Below are positions 9,815 through 19,539 of a stretch of DNA of 64,000 nt, one piece after another (the first letter of the stretch is position 1; every line of letters begins with the position of its first letter). A program made the position numbers and the translations under genes. The DNA is from a virus: positions 1 through 64,000 of IMG/VR virus record IMGVR_UViG_3300042311_001406; one strand, written 5' to 3'. Under the pieces are notes generated by a model. It was not told the DNA's origin. It was given only the letters and a program-made list of their open reading frames with translations, and ran no database searches.

Positions 9815-12393
9815 CGATGACGATCACGAACTTGACCGTTCTTCCTGGTTTGACGCTGGTTGGCCGTCGACTTGCGTTCGGGTTCGTTGTGTCGAGCGAC
9901 GACATTGAAGATCCAGCCTTGTCGGAAGACGTCAAGGTGTCATGCGCTGGCCAGGTGCTTTTCGACAACGGCAAGCTGGTCACCGACGGTGTCAGCTTCA
10001 TTCGTCGACCGATGGTCCGCGCGTCCGATCGGCCAGACGTCAATGGCGTCGAGTTCAGCATCGTCACCGGTGAGATCTTTGAAGAAGGACAGGAGTACGA
10101 CCTCGCCATCGCTTTGCGCGACGTGACGACGGTCGTCGTGCCTTTCTCTGTGGCCATCACGAGTGGCCCGGTGATCGCAGCCATGACACCAGTCCTCGGC
10201 TCAGATGGGGCGTCGACGACGCCCACCATCACCATCGACATCGCGCCAAGTGTTGATGATGCCGACGTCGAACTCTCTGTCGTCGACTTCGAGGTGTCTG
10301 CCAGCCTCTCTGGCAGCGTTCTCGCCATTGACGACTCCACCTACAGCCTCAAAGGCATGGAGGGTCGCCGCGTCGACTTCGGTGGCAGCACCGTCAAGAT
10401 TCTCACCGTGCTCGATCCGACACATGCCACGGTGAGCGCAGGCGCAACGCCAGGTGCAGCTGTGGCCTCGTTCTACACGAACGGCGGCCTCAATGTGCGC
10501 GTGGGCGGCGCCACTGTCGTCGACACGGGCATCGGCAAGACGCACGGCGACTGGACTGGCGCCATCGGCGCTCCCGCCCACATCGGCTGGCGCCGCGTCG
10601 TCATCACGCCTGCTGGTGGCGCCCCAGCACTGGCGATTGGCGACCGCGTCGACATCACGATTGACGCCGTCGACAGCGACGGCCGACGCAGCTCGCTGAA
10701 CGCTTTTTTTTACGTTGGGCTCCGCAATGGTCCGACTGTCACCGAGGTCTCTCCTGATCCAAACACGAGAGGCGTCGGCGCTCGGCCATCCGTGTCGTTC
10801 AAAATCAAAGACGACTACGGCATCGACCTCGCCAGCTTGAACGTGCGCTACGGGCAGACCAACGCCATCGTCAACGGCGTCATCCAGGCCGCCTTCACCA
10901 CTGCAAGCTCGATCACCGCCATCACCAACGGCTACACCGTTGTGCTGCAGCCCAACGTCGGCTCGACAGCGGCCCATCTCGTTGGCGACATGGCCACCAT
11001 CATGGTGATGGCGACCAGCACGCCGGGGAAGAAGATGAACCCCGTCTCCTGGTGCTTGCTGCCAGCCACGGCATCTGCTTCTGGCGCTGATGCTGTTGGG
11101 CCGTACTCGTCGATGACGCCGACACCGAACCAGGCGATTGTGAGAACGATCCCGTTTGACATGCGCAACGAGTCGTTCGGCGATCCGCAGCGCTTGAAGC
11201 ACAACGGCTACGCCTTCGACGGCTACTGGTACAACGATGGCTTGCGATCCTCGCTTCGCGCGAGCTGGGCGACAGAGGCTGCCAGCGTCAACCGCAGCAC
11301 TGTCGCCGAGATGCCCGTCGTTGGCTTCATCGTCGTCACGAAGACCGGCTGGTGGATCGCTGACGCTTTCCACAAGATGTGGATGCGGGCGGACGCCGTC
11401 ACGCTTGTTCCCGGCTGGACGATGGCCAACGGCAACGACGGCGGCGGCGACATCACGGATGCGTGCTGGTCAAACGGCATGCTGTTCTTCACGCAGAACT
11501 CCTGCGTGTTTCAGGTCTCGTTCTCCGACGACTTGGCTTGGAGGATGACGGCTTTCGGCCGCTTCGAGTCGATGACGCACATCGCCGACCGCTACGCCAA
11601 TGCCAGTGGCGGCGTCGTCGATCCCGACTGGAAGCTGTCGTCGTCAACCAGTCAGTTTGATGGCTTGGATGCCCAGTCGTTTGGTCGTGGCGCCTGGGTG
11701 CTGGCGGCATGCCGAGATGGCGACATCGAGATGTCTTGGGAGTGCGACCTGCTGATGATCGCCAGGCACGCTGGGCGCGCGCTGAACCTCAACTTCAACC
11801 GTCGCACTGTCGTCATCGCTGGCCCTGGAACGCCGACAACCTGGTGCCGACCTGCGTTCATGCGCGGCGAGGAAACCAAGCTGGTGGCCGCCGTCGACAA
11901 CAAGATGATGATCATCGACTGGGTCATGACGCTGGGTGCACTTGCTGGCGCCGTGTCGACGACGACACTCCCTGGTGCCACAGCCAAAGACCTTTCGCTC
12001 GCCAAGACACGCTACAGTGATCGGCACTTGGCTCTGGTGACGCAAGCCGACCGTGGGGTTTTACTGGATCTTTCGCTGGCTTCAGCACCTGTCATCGTCA
12101 AGCAGATCCAGCTGACAGACGTGCATGCATCGGCGACGGAGTTCACCCGTGGCGCCCTTGATCCATCGTGCGAGAAAGACGATGGGTTCATGTACTTCGC
12201 CACCAAAAGAGGGTCTGGGCAGGTGGACGTGTCGCGGCACTTCATGCTCCCTGCCAGCGGCGTCGCGGGAGACAGGAAGCTCGCTCTCGCTGGCCCATTT
12301 GCATCAGGCACAGTCATCAGCAGCCTGACCGTCGTCATGCCGACACCGCATGCCGCGCATCGTTTCCTCGGCACCAGCTGGACGCTGGTGTAA
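9811..12393 (+). CDS. Virion structural protein with Ig-like repeats and a possible beta-propeller C-terminus
   Basis: Two P-V-x-x-x-P...P-x-I/V-x-I/F Ig-like segments; coupled in tail operon. Confidence 0.55.
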   Translation: MTMTITNLTVLPGLTLVGRRLAFGFVVSSDDIEDPALSEDVKVSCAGQVLFDNGKLVTDGVSFIRRPMVRASDRPDVNGVEFSIVTGEIFEEGQEYDLAIALRDVTTVVVPFSVAITSGPVIAAMTPVLGSDGASTTPTITIDIAPSVDDADVELSVVDFEVSASLSGSVLAIDDSTYSLKGMEGRRVDFGGSTVKILTVLDPTHATVSAGATPGAAVASFYTNGGLNVRVGGATVVDTGIGKTHGDWTGAIGAPAHIGWRRVVITPAGGAPALAIGDRVDITIDAVDSDGRRSSLNAFFYVGLRNGPTVTEVSPDPNTRGVGARPSVSFKIKDDYGIDLASLNVRYGQTNAIVNGVIQAAFTTASSITAITNGYTVVLQPNVGSTAAHLVGDMATIMVMATSTPGKKMNPVSWCLLPATASASGADAVGPYSSMTPTPNQAIVRTIPFDMRNESFGDPQRLKHNGYAFDGYWYNDGLRSSLRASWATEAASVNRSTVAEMPVVGFIVVTKTGWWIADAFHKMWMRADAVTLVPGWTMANGNDGGGDITDACWSNGMLFFTQNSCVFQVSFSDDLAWRMTAFGRFESMTHIADRYANASGGVVDPDWKLSSSTSQFDGLDAQSFGRGAWVLAACRDGDIEMSWECDLLMIARHAGRALNLNFNRRTVVIAGPGTPTTWCRPAFMRGEETKLVAAVDNKMMIIDWVMTLGALAGAVSTTTLPGATAKDLSLAKTRYSDRHLALVTQADRGVLLDLSLASAPVIVKQIQLTDVHASATEFTRGALDPSCEKDDGFMYFATKRGSGQVDVSRHFMLPASGVAGDRKLALAGPFASGTVISSLTVVMPTPHAAHRFLGTSWTLV

Positions 12394-12423
12394 GCTCAGC
12401 AAGACCATCACAGGAGAATCTTC

Positions 12424-12822
12424 ATGGCCCTTGGCTACAGCACCCCTCTTCGCAATGCGCGCCTCGACGCAGCCTTGGCCATCATCGGCTCGGCCGCCAA
12501 GATCGCGCTCTACTCTGGCGTTCGCCCTGCCACTGGCGGTGCCGTCACCACCAAGCTCAGCGAGAACGTGGCCGGCTCGCCCTTCGCCCCAGCCGCCGCG
12601 GGTGGCGTGCAGACCGCCAACGCCATCGCTGACGGCACCGGCCTGGCGAACGGCACGGCCACCTGGGGTCGCTTGACCACCAGCGGCGGCACCTTCGTCA
12701 TGGACTTTTCCGTGACGGTCGTTGGCGGCGGCGGCGACCTGCAGCTGACGGGTACCGCTGCCATCGCCACGGGGCAAACCGTGAAGATCGCGAGCTTTGC
12801 GGTCACGACTGGCAACGCCTGA
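12424..12822 (+). CDS. Small virion structural protein (paralog of 43022..43426)
   Basis: AGGAG SD; RNARLDA...IALYSG.RP...GTATWGRL...DLQL...IATGQTV pattern shared with 43022. Confidence 0.7.
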   Translation: MALGYSTPLRNARLDAALAIIGSAAKIALYSGVRPATGGAVTTKLSENVAGSPFAPAAAGGVQTANAIADGTGLANGTATWGRLTTSGGTFVMDFSVTVVGGGGDLQLTGTAAIATGQTVKIASFAVTTGNA

Positions 12823-12855
12823 AGCTGCTGCTGGAGCCCTTGGCTGTTTTGGGGT

Positions 12856-12888
12856 AGGCTCGTCGACGTCGACGGGCCTTTCTCTTTT
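12856..12888 (+). terminator. Rho-independent terminator
   Basis: AGGCTCGTC-loop-GACGGGCCT followed by TTCTCTTTT. Confidence 0.6.
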
Positions 12889-12900
12889 GGTGGTGACGAC

Positions 12901-14982
12901 ATGGCACTCCGTACGCTCGAATTCCCATGGCCGAACGGAACCCCGAACCTTGCTGCTGGCGCGACGTTCACGTCGCCACTGATCAACGTCCTCACTGAGC
13001 GGCCAGCCGCCAGCGACACATGGGAATGCATCTCGGCCAAGCTGGAGATCTACTGCCACAACAATGGCGCTGCCGCATTCGACATGGCGTCATACACGAT
13101 TGGCTTCGGCCGCGGCACAACTCTGCCGACGACAGCAGACTACACCACGGAAGTCACGACCAATGCGACGGTGGGCATCAAAGCTGGAACGCTGATGTTC
13201 AGTCGAGATCTGACGTCGTGGTTCAACACAACGCTGACGGCTTCAGACAAGAGCAGCCTTGTCGCAGGTAGCGGCACCGGCATCGGCTACACGTTCAGCT
13301 TGACGACTTCTGGTGGTACAACCATCAGCCTCACAAATTTCACGGCCAAGCTGATCATCACTGTGCATGTGACCGAGTCGGCTGGCAAGCCGCTGCGTCG
13401 ATGCAACATGGTGCGCATCCCCATGGATGGCCGTTTGGGTCATCTTCCGTTGACGACGACGTGGACTGCCTACGCTGTTGGCAACCTGCCAGCGCTCAAC
13501 ACCTTCCTGCCAGAAGGCGGCAAAACCATCCAAGCAGCCTGGGTGGAGATCGAAGGGAACGATCAGAGCAGCGGCACTGCGGACCTTGGCCTGGCAATGC
13601 GTTGCGACAACATCGTCGGCAGCGACGTGACGTTCGGCTCAACGATCAAGTCACAGAACCTCGCCAACTTCTTCAAGTTGCACTACTTGATTCCTTCTGC
13701 GTATTGGACTGCGGCATACACGCTCAATCTCCTCGCTGTTTGTGGCGTTGGAACCAAGAATGCGTTCTACCACCCGAGCTTCGTGCTTCATGTGGTCTAC
13801 ACGTACACGCCGGCTTCAACGACACGATGCTTGATCTCTCAAATGTTGGTGCACGGTCACGAAGCACCGTTTGGACGAGTCAACATCAATGAAAGAGTAA
13901 AAGCGCTGATCCAAGAGCAGAATCCGACACTTGTGCAAAGTGGCGTCGTCATGAACTGGACATGCTCATCCAACTCCACCAAGGGCGTTCGCGTCAAAAT
14001 GGAGGGGCATGCAGACTACGCGTATCTGACTGCAGCATCAGCAGGATCAATCGCAACACAAGCAGGCCAGGAGCAGTATTCATTCCGCTTTGATCCAGGT
14101 GGTGCGCTTGGTGCTGGCGTCTCGATTGCCAGGGGTATGAATGATCTGTCGATCATGTTCTACCAAACGGCACAGAGCACCAATGACACGTCAAACAGGC
14201 CAGCGATGATCAACTTCAGGACGTACCTGAATTACACATGCGATGCGCCAAGTAACGCGTATGAGACCTACCCGGAATTCAACGGAACAGGACCGTACGC
14301 ATACAACAACATGTCGAGAACCATTTACAAGGGCTTGTTCTCGTCGAACTCGCTACCTCAGTTCCAAGAAACCGGACTGATCACGTCAAACATGAACATC
14401 CCCAACAACTACGGGGAAGATGGTCGATACGTCACCAACCTGGCCATGGATTGGCGTGCACTTGTCTTCGGGCAATCAGCGAACGTGCGTATGGGAGTTT
14501 TGCGCATGACCACTGAACCCAAGGGTCAGGCGTTCCTGCCAGCTGGTGTTGCCTATGCTCAATGGGCAGAGCTTGGCGTTGGTGTCTCCAAGTCTGACGC
14601 TGGAAGCGTGATCAGTTTCCGCTGCGACTTCAATCGCCACTTCAGGCCAAGCTGGTACCATCCCGCAGATCAGGGGCTCGACTGGTTTTTGGTTGATCGA
14701 AGGTTCCTGGTTGAAAACCAGCGAGACGTTGTCATCTGCTCAGACTCGTGCATGTGGGAAACATCTTCTGGCATTTTCCAGACGAAGTTTGGTTCCGTCG
14801 TCAAAGCTGGCGAGTCGCTCACTGGACAGGTTGTCGACGTGTTCGATCAAAATGATGTCCATGTCTACGAAGCAACATGCAATGCGGCTGGATCTTTCAG
14901 CGCCATCGTGTTCGATGACACGATCCAGTATTACGCCGTTGCGCGTCGTGGCCTCAAAGCCGGATCGTCGCTTCTCTTCTGA
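12901..14982 (+). CDS. Putative tail fibre/receptor-binding protein
   Basis: Thr/Gly/Ser/Tyr-rich beta protein, lower-GC C-terminal half, in fibre cluster. Confidence 0.55.
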   Translation: MALRTLEFPWPNGTPNLAAGATFTSPLINVLTERPAASDTWECISAKLEIYCHNNGAAAFDMASYTIGFGRGTTLPTTADYTTEVTTNATVGIKAGTLMFSRDLTSWFNTTLTASDKSSLVAGSGTGIGYTFSLTTSGGTTISLTNFTAKLIITVHVTESAGKPLRRCNMVRIPMDGRLGHLPLTTTWTAYAVGNLPALNTFLPEGGKTIQAAWVEIEGNDQSSGTADLGLAMRCDNIVGSDVTFGSTIKSQNLANFFKLHYLIPSAYWTAAYTLNLLAVCGVGTKNAFYHPSFVLHVVYTYTPASTTRCLISQMLVHGHEAPFGRVNINERVKALIQEQNPTLVQSGVVMNWTCSSNSTKGVRVKMEGHADYAYLTAASAGSIATQAGQEQYSFRFDPGGALGAGVSIARGMNDLSIMFYQTAQSTNDTSNRPAMINFRTYLNYTCDAPSNAYETYPEFNGTGPYAYNNMSRTIYKGLFSSNSLPQFQETGLITSNMNIPNNYGEDGRYVTNLAMDWRALVFGQSANVRMGVLRMTTEPKGQAFLPAGVAYAQWAELGVGVSKSDAGSVISFRCDFNRHFRPSWYHPADQGLDWFLVDRRFLVENQRDVVICSDSCMWETSSGIFQTKFGSVVKAGESLTGQVVDVFDQNDVHVYEATCNAAGSFSAIVFDDTIQYYAVARRGLKAGSSLLF

Positions 14983-14994
14983 TCGGAGTATGAA

Positions 14995-15666
14995 ATGCCT
15001 GTGATCTGGGACCGCATCTTGCAGATTGGGGCGGCGCCCGGTACCGGCAACTTCACGCCGGTATCAACGCCCACCCAGTACAAACCGTTGTCGACGATTC
15101 CGTCGTCGACGGACTTCGACTACGTCATCGAAGGGATCGACTCCTCGAACCAGCGTACGGCGTTCTGGGAACAGGGCGTCGGCCAGCTAGTCGGCGGCGA
15201 CCTGGTTCGCACAGATCTTGGCGTCACCGATGGCAGCTCTGGCCCTGGAGTGCGCGTCAACTTCCCGAGCACTGGCGGCGCCCAGGTGCGTGTGATGAAT
15301 GCGGCCACGGCTGAGGCCTTGCGAAAGGCTGCGCTTGACGCCCTGCGCGCCACCGGAGTCGACACGCTGACGGCATCCGTTGGCACACTGACGGTGCCGA
15401 TGAGCACTGGGAACTCCCGCAAGAAGGCGGACCTGAGCTCGAACACCACCGTGCAGCTGTCTGCCCTGGCTGACGGCGGCCGCGTCAGCCTGACGCTGAA
15501 GAACGTGAGCGCAGGCGTCATCACGCTGACCTGGGACACCGGCATGGTGGTGGTTGGCGCTGCGCTCCCACTGACCTTGGCTGCAGGCAAGACCGTCCGC
15601 TTCGTCGCGGACATGACCGGAACAGCCCTCACTGGCGTCGTCTGCGGCGCTTCGGTGCAGTCGTGA
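14995..15666 (+). CDS. Putative tail fibre adaptor/short fibre protein
   Basis: GGAG SD; YVIEG...WEQGVG...LVR...SS motif of the kind seen at fibre N-termini. Confidence 0.55.
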   Translation: MPVIWDRILQIGAAPGTGNFTPVSTPTQYKPLSTIPSSTDFDYVIEGIDSSNQRTAFWEQGVGQLVGGDLVRTDLGVTDGSSGPGVRVNFPSTGGAQVRVMNAATAEALRKAALDALRATGVDTLTASVGTLTVPMSTGNSRKKADLSSNTTVQLSALADGGRVSLTLKNVSAGVITLTWDTGMVVVGAALPLTLAAGKTVRFVADMTGTALTGVVCGASVQS

Positions 15667-18600
15667 GCATTTCCGTTTTCGATGACCCCTCGTTTGTGGC
15701 TCAGCTCGACCAAGGCGTCGACTACAGCGACATGCAGTTCTACCTCAAGTACGAGGGGCAAGCCGATGGTCCGCGTGTTCTGCCGGAGACGATCGACTTC
15801 GGAAACGGACTGGGGCCGCAGCTGCCGCTGTTGAAGTATTTCGGCGAGGAGGCGACGACAACGTCGTGGGTCAACCGCGGCTCTGCTGGCGCTGCAGGCA
15901 ACCTGACAGCTGTTGGCATCCGGTCGGGCGACCTTGGTCGAGATACGCCATTCCGGGACGCCACCGTGAAAGGTGTTCGCTGCCAAACGGAGGTCGGCAC
16001 CGGCCGATACTTTGAGGCGATCGACGCCTTGCTTGCCGACGTGACGACTGAAGACATCTTCTTCGAGTGCGTCTACTCGCGCGAGGCCGGCACCGTTGCG
16101 TGCCCATTCGGCAAGCGAAACCAGGGCGCCTCCACGAACGTGGGATACCATCTTTCGACGGCTGCCGCGACGACCATGCTGTGGACGACTCGTCCAGCAG
16201 GCGACGCAGTCCGCAGCGGCAGCGTGACGACCTCGCAGAACTCGTTCTGCCACGTGAGCGGCTACCTCGACAACAGCGCCAGCGGCACAGAGCGTCAGCG
16301 CACCTATCTCGGCAGCCAGACGAGCGTCAACGCCCCAACCGCCACAGTGCTTGGCAGCCTGTCGAACGCCACGCCTTTCCGCGTTGGTGCACGCTGGCTC
16401 TCTTCGTTTGCTGCTGCCGAAGACGTGACCATCGTCTATCTGGCCATCTGGATCGGCAACGACATGATCCTTGCTGGGTCAGATGCTGCGCTGACTCAGA
16501 TCATCAGAAACCGACAAATGCTGATGGGCGGCATCGCTCCACAGGTCGGCGTCAAGAAGATGTTGTCGCTGTCGACGCCGTTCCGGTACGTCACCCGCAG
16601 CCGCAATGGCTTGCTGAAGGGGTACCGCAAGGGTGCTGGTTTCGAGATTTCCGACGACAGGATCTCCTTTTTGAATGGAGAAGTTGTCGCCGGCATCGAG
16701 TTTGCTTCGGTGCTCAACGCTGTTGGTGGCGTCAGTGCAGAGTCGTACACGACGGCATGGTCAGCAGTGAACTGCGTGATCAACAACAACGCAATCGATG
16801 CGCCACTTCGTCCTGTTATTGCTTTTGAGGGCCAGTCGCTGGTTGCTGCCAGTGGGACAAATGTCGCCAAAGCCACGAGGACAATCGGACTCAGCGTGTC
16901 AACGCGGTACCACTTCGGCACGTTCGCAAAAAGAGGATCATCTCGATACCTGTACATCGCCGTCAACGACTCAGCAGGGAACCCTGCGAATCGGTTCGCC
17001 TATTTCGACCTCGACACAGGAGCAGCTGTCAACATCGGCAGCGGACTGCTGTCTGCTCGTGCGACACCGTTTGTTGATGGCTGGTACAAAGTCTACGTTT
17101 GGATCGACAATCCTGCTGTGGATGCTGCAGCTGTTTTCAATGTCGGCTTCAGCGAATCGTCTTCGTCGCAAAATGCAGTCGGAGACGGATCGACTGTGAA
17201 TGGGTACCTCTACGGCGTCATGCCTGTGAGCGCTCCAGCGACTTACATCAACCAAGACATGCCGATCATTATCGATCAGTCATCGACTGGTCCGATTCAC
17301 ACGTACGATGGAGCAAGTGTCACGTCGACACCATATGCCCTTTTGTGGGAGATGGCTGTTCTCGATATGGCCAACTCACCGTTGGTCGCCTCTCCTTGTT
17401 TGACGCTGTACACGGACGCCAGCAACTACGCCCTCATGTCGTTCAGCTCATCGACAACTGTTTGGCGCATGAGCTGCGTCAGCGTTGTTGCTGGTGTTAC
17501 ACAGTATTCGCTGAACACAGATCTGACGACCGGCGTGAGGCCTGCTGATGGCACACGAAACAAGCTGGTGATGAGCAACGATGTCAACGACATGTCTGCG
17601 TACAGCGGAGACAACAAGCTCGTCATTTTCGACTACAACACGACTCCTTTTGCGAATCCCGCGCAGATCAGATGGGGGCAAGACAACAACGCCAGCATCA
17701 GCGGTCGCAGCCACTTTGTCATCAGCGGCGGCGTGGCAAAGTCTGCGCGAAAAACAAACAGCCACCCATATCGTCGCGGTGTGATCGATGGCCTTGTGGC
17801 TTTCGCACCGTTCAATGAGCCTGTGACGCTGCCGCGAAACACGGTGACAAGAGCTGACCTGACCACCAGTGGCTCGGTGACGTTTGGCCAGGCCGGCGTT
17901 GAAGGTCGCGCCATTGACCTCGGTGGCGGCTACGTGGAAACCGACGTGGCGCCCATGAGTGGACCATGGTGCTGGGCGGTGCGCGCACAGGTGCTCAGCG
18001 CGACGCTATCCGGCAACCAGATGATCTTTGACCAGATGGTTCCTGGAGCCAGCACCATTGGCAACGGCCTGGTTGTTGGCATCAACAGCAGCTTCCAGGT
18101 CTACGTCGCCTACGGGGCAGGCACAGCGACGTCGACAAAAACCGTCGCACCGCTGACGACGTACACCTTTGCCGTCGTCTGGGATCAAACCAGCATCTCC
18201 GTCTACGTTGATGGCGCCTTGTACCTGTCAACAACCGCACCTGGTACGGCACCAATGCCGAGCTCGGCGCCTGTGCTGCGCCTTGGCAGCAACACGCGCA
18301 GCGGCCAATCGCAAGTCGCCAGCTCGCTTCGCCTGGAGAAGCTGAGGGTGTTCAACTACGCGATCCGTATGGGCGCCCTGATGCCGCTCTACGGTCGAAA
18401 GTTTGCACCAGATCTCGTAAACCCAAGCTTCTGGGTGAAATCAGCGTCCGGCAACGTGATACTGGACGGCAGCAACGGCGTGATCCAATGGACCGACTTG
18501 AGTGGAAATGGCTTGCATGCTGCGCAGCCCACCGCTGGTAATCGACCGATCTTCGGCACCCCAGCAGCGGACATCAACGGAAAACCGACGCTTCGCTTCA

Positions 18601-19133
18601 CGCGTGCGAACGCGACGTTCCTCGACCTTGGCGACGTGCTTGACCTGGGTCTCAATTCGTACTCAATGGCGATCGTGCTGCGACGCAGGAACGATGTCGA
18701 CGGGCAAGGCATCATCGGCAAGAACATCGCTGCAGGCACAGATGGAAGGTACGGCCTCTTCTTCTCTGGTCCGACAAGCGAGTACCAGGCGATCTACGAT
18801 CAAGACGCAAGTGCGTCTGGCGTCGTGAACGTGCCGATGGAGCCAGTGAACACGGTGACGGCCATCGTCGACGTGCTCACCAGAAACACGGTCAGTGTGG
18901 CGCAGTCAAACCACGACATCAGAATGAACCGCGTCAACTACCCGAAGGGGATCGCAGACGTCGCAACGAACTGGAACACGACCGCACCATGGGTCATCGG
19001 ACGATACGGAGCCAGCTCACTGTACGACGCTGACGTCGACATTGCTGAGATCATCGTCAGCCTCCGAGCCTGGAGCCGCGACGAGCGCAAGTGGATCGAA
19101 GACTACTTCGCTGAAGAGTGGGGCACGCCATGA
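15663..19133 (+). CDS. Multi-LamG/concanavalin A-like domain tail fibre or adhesin (1156 aa)
   Basis: FAVVWDQTSISVYVDG...LRLGS...LRVFNYA and WTDLSGNGLHAAQ...INGKPTLRF...IAEIIV...IEDYFAEEWG LamG-type motifs. Confidence 0.75.
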   Translation: MSISVFDDPSFVAQLDQGVDYSDMQFYLKYEGQADGPRVLPETIDFGNGLGPQLPLLKYFGEEATTTSWVNRGSAGAAGNLTAVGIRSGDLGRDTPFRDATVKGVRCQTEVGTGRYFEAIDALLADVTTEDIFFECVYSREAGTVACPFGKRNQGASTNVGYHLSTAAATTMLWTTRPAGDAVRSGSVTTSQNSFCHVSGYLDNSASGTERQRTYLGSQTSVNAPTATVLGSLSNATPFRVGARWLSSFAAAEDVTIVYLAIWIGNDMILAGSDAALTQIIRNRQMLMGGIAPQVGVKKMLSLSTPFRYVTRSRNGLLKGYRKGAGFEISDDRISFLNGEVVAGIEFASVLNAVGGVSAESYTTAWSAVNCVINNNAIDAPLRPVIAFEGQSLVAASGTNVAKATRTIGLSVSTRYHFGTFAKRGSSRYLYIAVNDSAGNPANRFAYFDLDTGAAVNIGSGLLSARATPFVDGWYKVYVWIDNPAVDAAAVFNVGFSESSSSQNAVGDGSTVNGYLYGVMPVSAPATYINQDMPIIIDQSSTGPIHTYDGASVTSTPYALLWEMAVLDMANSPLVASPCLTLYTDASNYALMSFSSSTTVWRMSCVSVVAGVTQYSLNTDLTTGVRPADGTRNKLVMSNDVNDMSAYSGDNKLVIFDYNTTPFANPAQIRWGQDNNASISGRSHFVISGGVAKSARKTNSHPYRRGVIDGLVAFAPFNEPVTLPRNTVTRADLTTSGSVTFGQAGVEGRAIDLGGGYVETDVAPMSGPWCWAVRAQVLSATLSGNQMIFDQMVPGASTIGNGLVVGINSSFQVYVAYGAGTATSTKTVAPLTTYTFAVVWDQTSISVYVDGALYLSTTAPGTAPMPSSAPVLRLGSNTRSGQSQVASSLRLEKLRVFNYAIRMGALMPLYGRKFAPDLVNPSFWVKSASGNVILDGSNGVIQWTDLSGNGLHAAQPTAGNRPIFGTPAADINGKPTLRFTRANATFLDLGDVLDLGLNSYSMAIVLRRRNDVDGQGIIGKNIAAGTDGRYGLFFSGPTSEYQAIYDQDASASGVVNVPMEPVNTVTAIVDVLTRNTVSVAQSNHDIRMNRVNYPKGIADVATNWNTTAPWVIGRYGASSLYDADVDIAEIIVSLRAWSRDERKWIEDYFAEEWGTP

Positions 19134-19486
19134 GCAGCATCATCAGCGACCTCGACGCATACCTTCAGGCTGCAGGCTTGATCGGTGAATTCACCAGTGC
19201 AGATGTCGCCGAGTTCCAAAAGTTCCTTCGAGAGATGGCTCACGCTGAAGGAAGCGCTGTCGAGCTTGTTCTCAGCTCAACCCTGTTCGATGCGTCGGCC
19301 ATGGGCAGACTGATGGACGAAGGCATGATCACGCACTGGAGCCAGGACGAGAAGACCGGCGACTACCTCATCAAGAGCGACAAAGAGAGGATGAAGCGAT
19401 TCAGCATGAAGAGCCTTCTTCATCTCAGGATCATGAGGGCCGTAACAAAGCCAGAGCGAACGTCGTGGTCGAGCTCGCCATCTTGA
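19130..19486 (+). CDS. Hypothetical protein
   Basis: ATGA overlap with the 15663..19133 stop. Confidence 0.6.
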   Translation: MSSIISDLDAYLQAAGLIGEFTSADVAEFQKFLREMAHAEGSAVELVLSSTLFDASAMGRLMDEGMITHWSQDEKTGDYLIKSDKERMKRFSMKSLLHLRIMRAVTKPERTSWSSSPS

Positions 19487-19539
19487 ACTCGAAACGCTGA
19501 TGTCGACATGCAATACTCTCGACCCGGCGAGGATGAAGT

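Noticed and set aside
12901-19133. Diversity-generating retroelement acting on fibre genes
   Set aside because: No reverse transcriptase and no TR/VR repeat pair seen in the window
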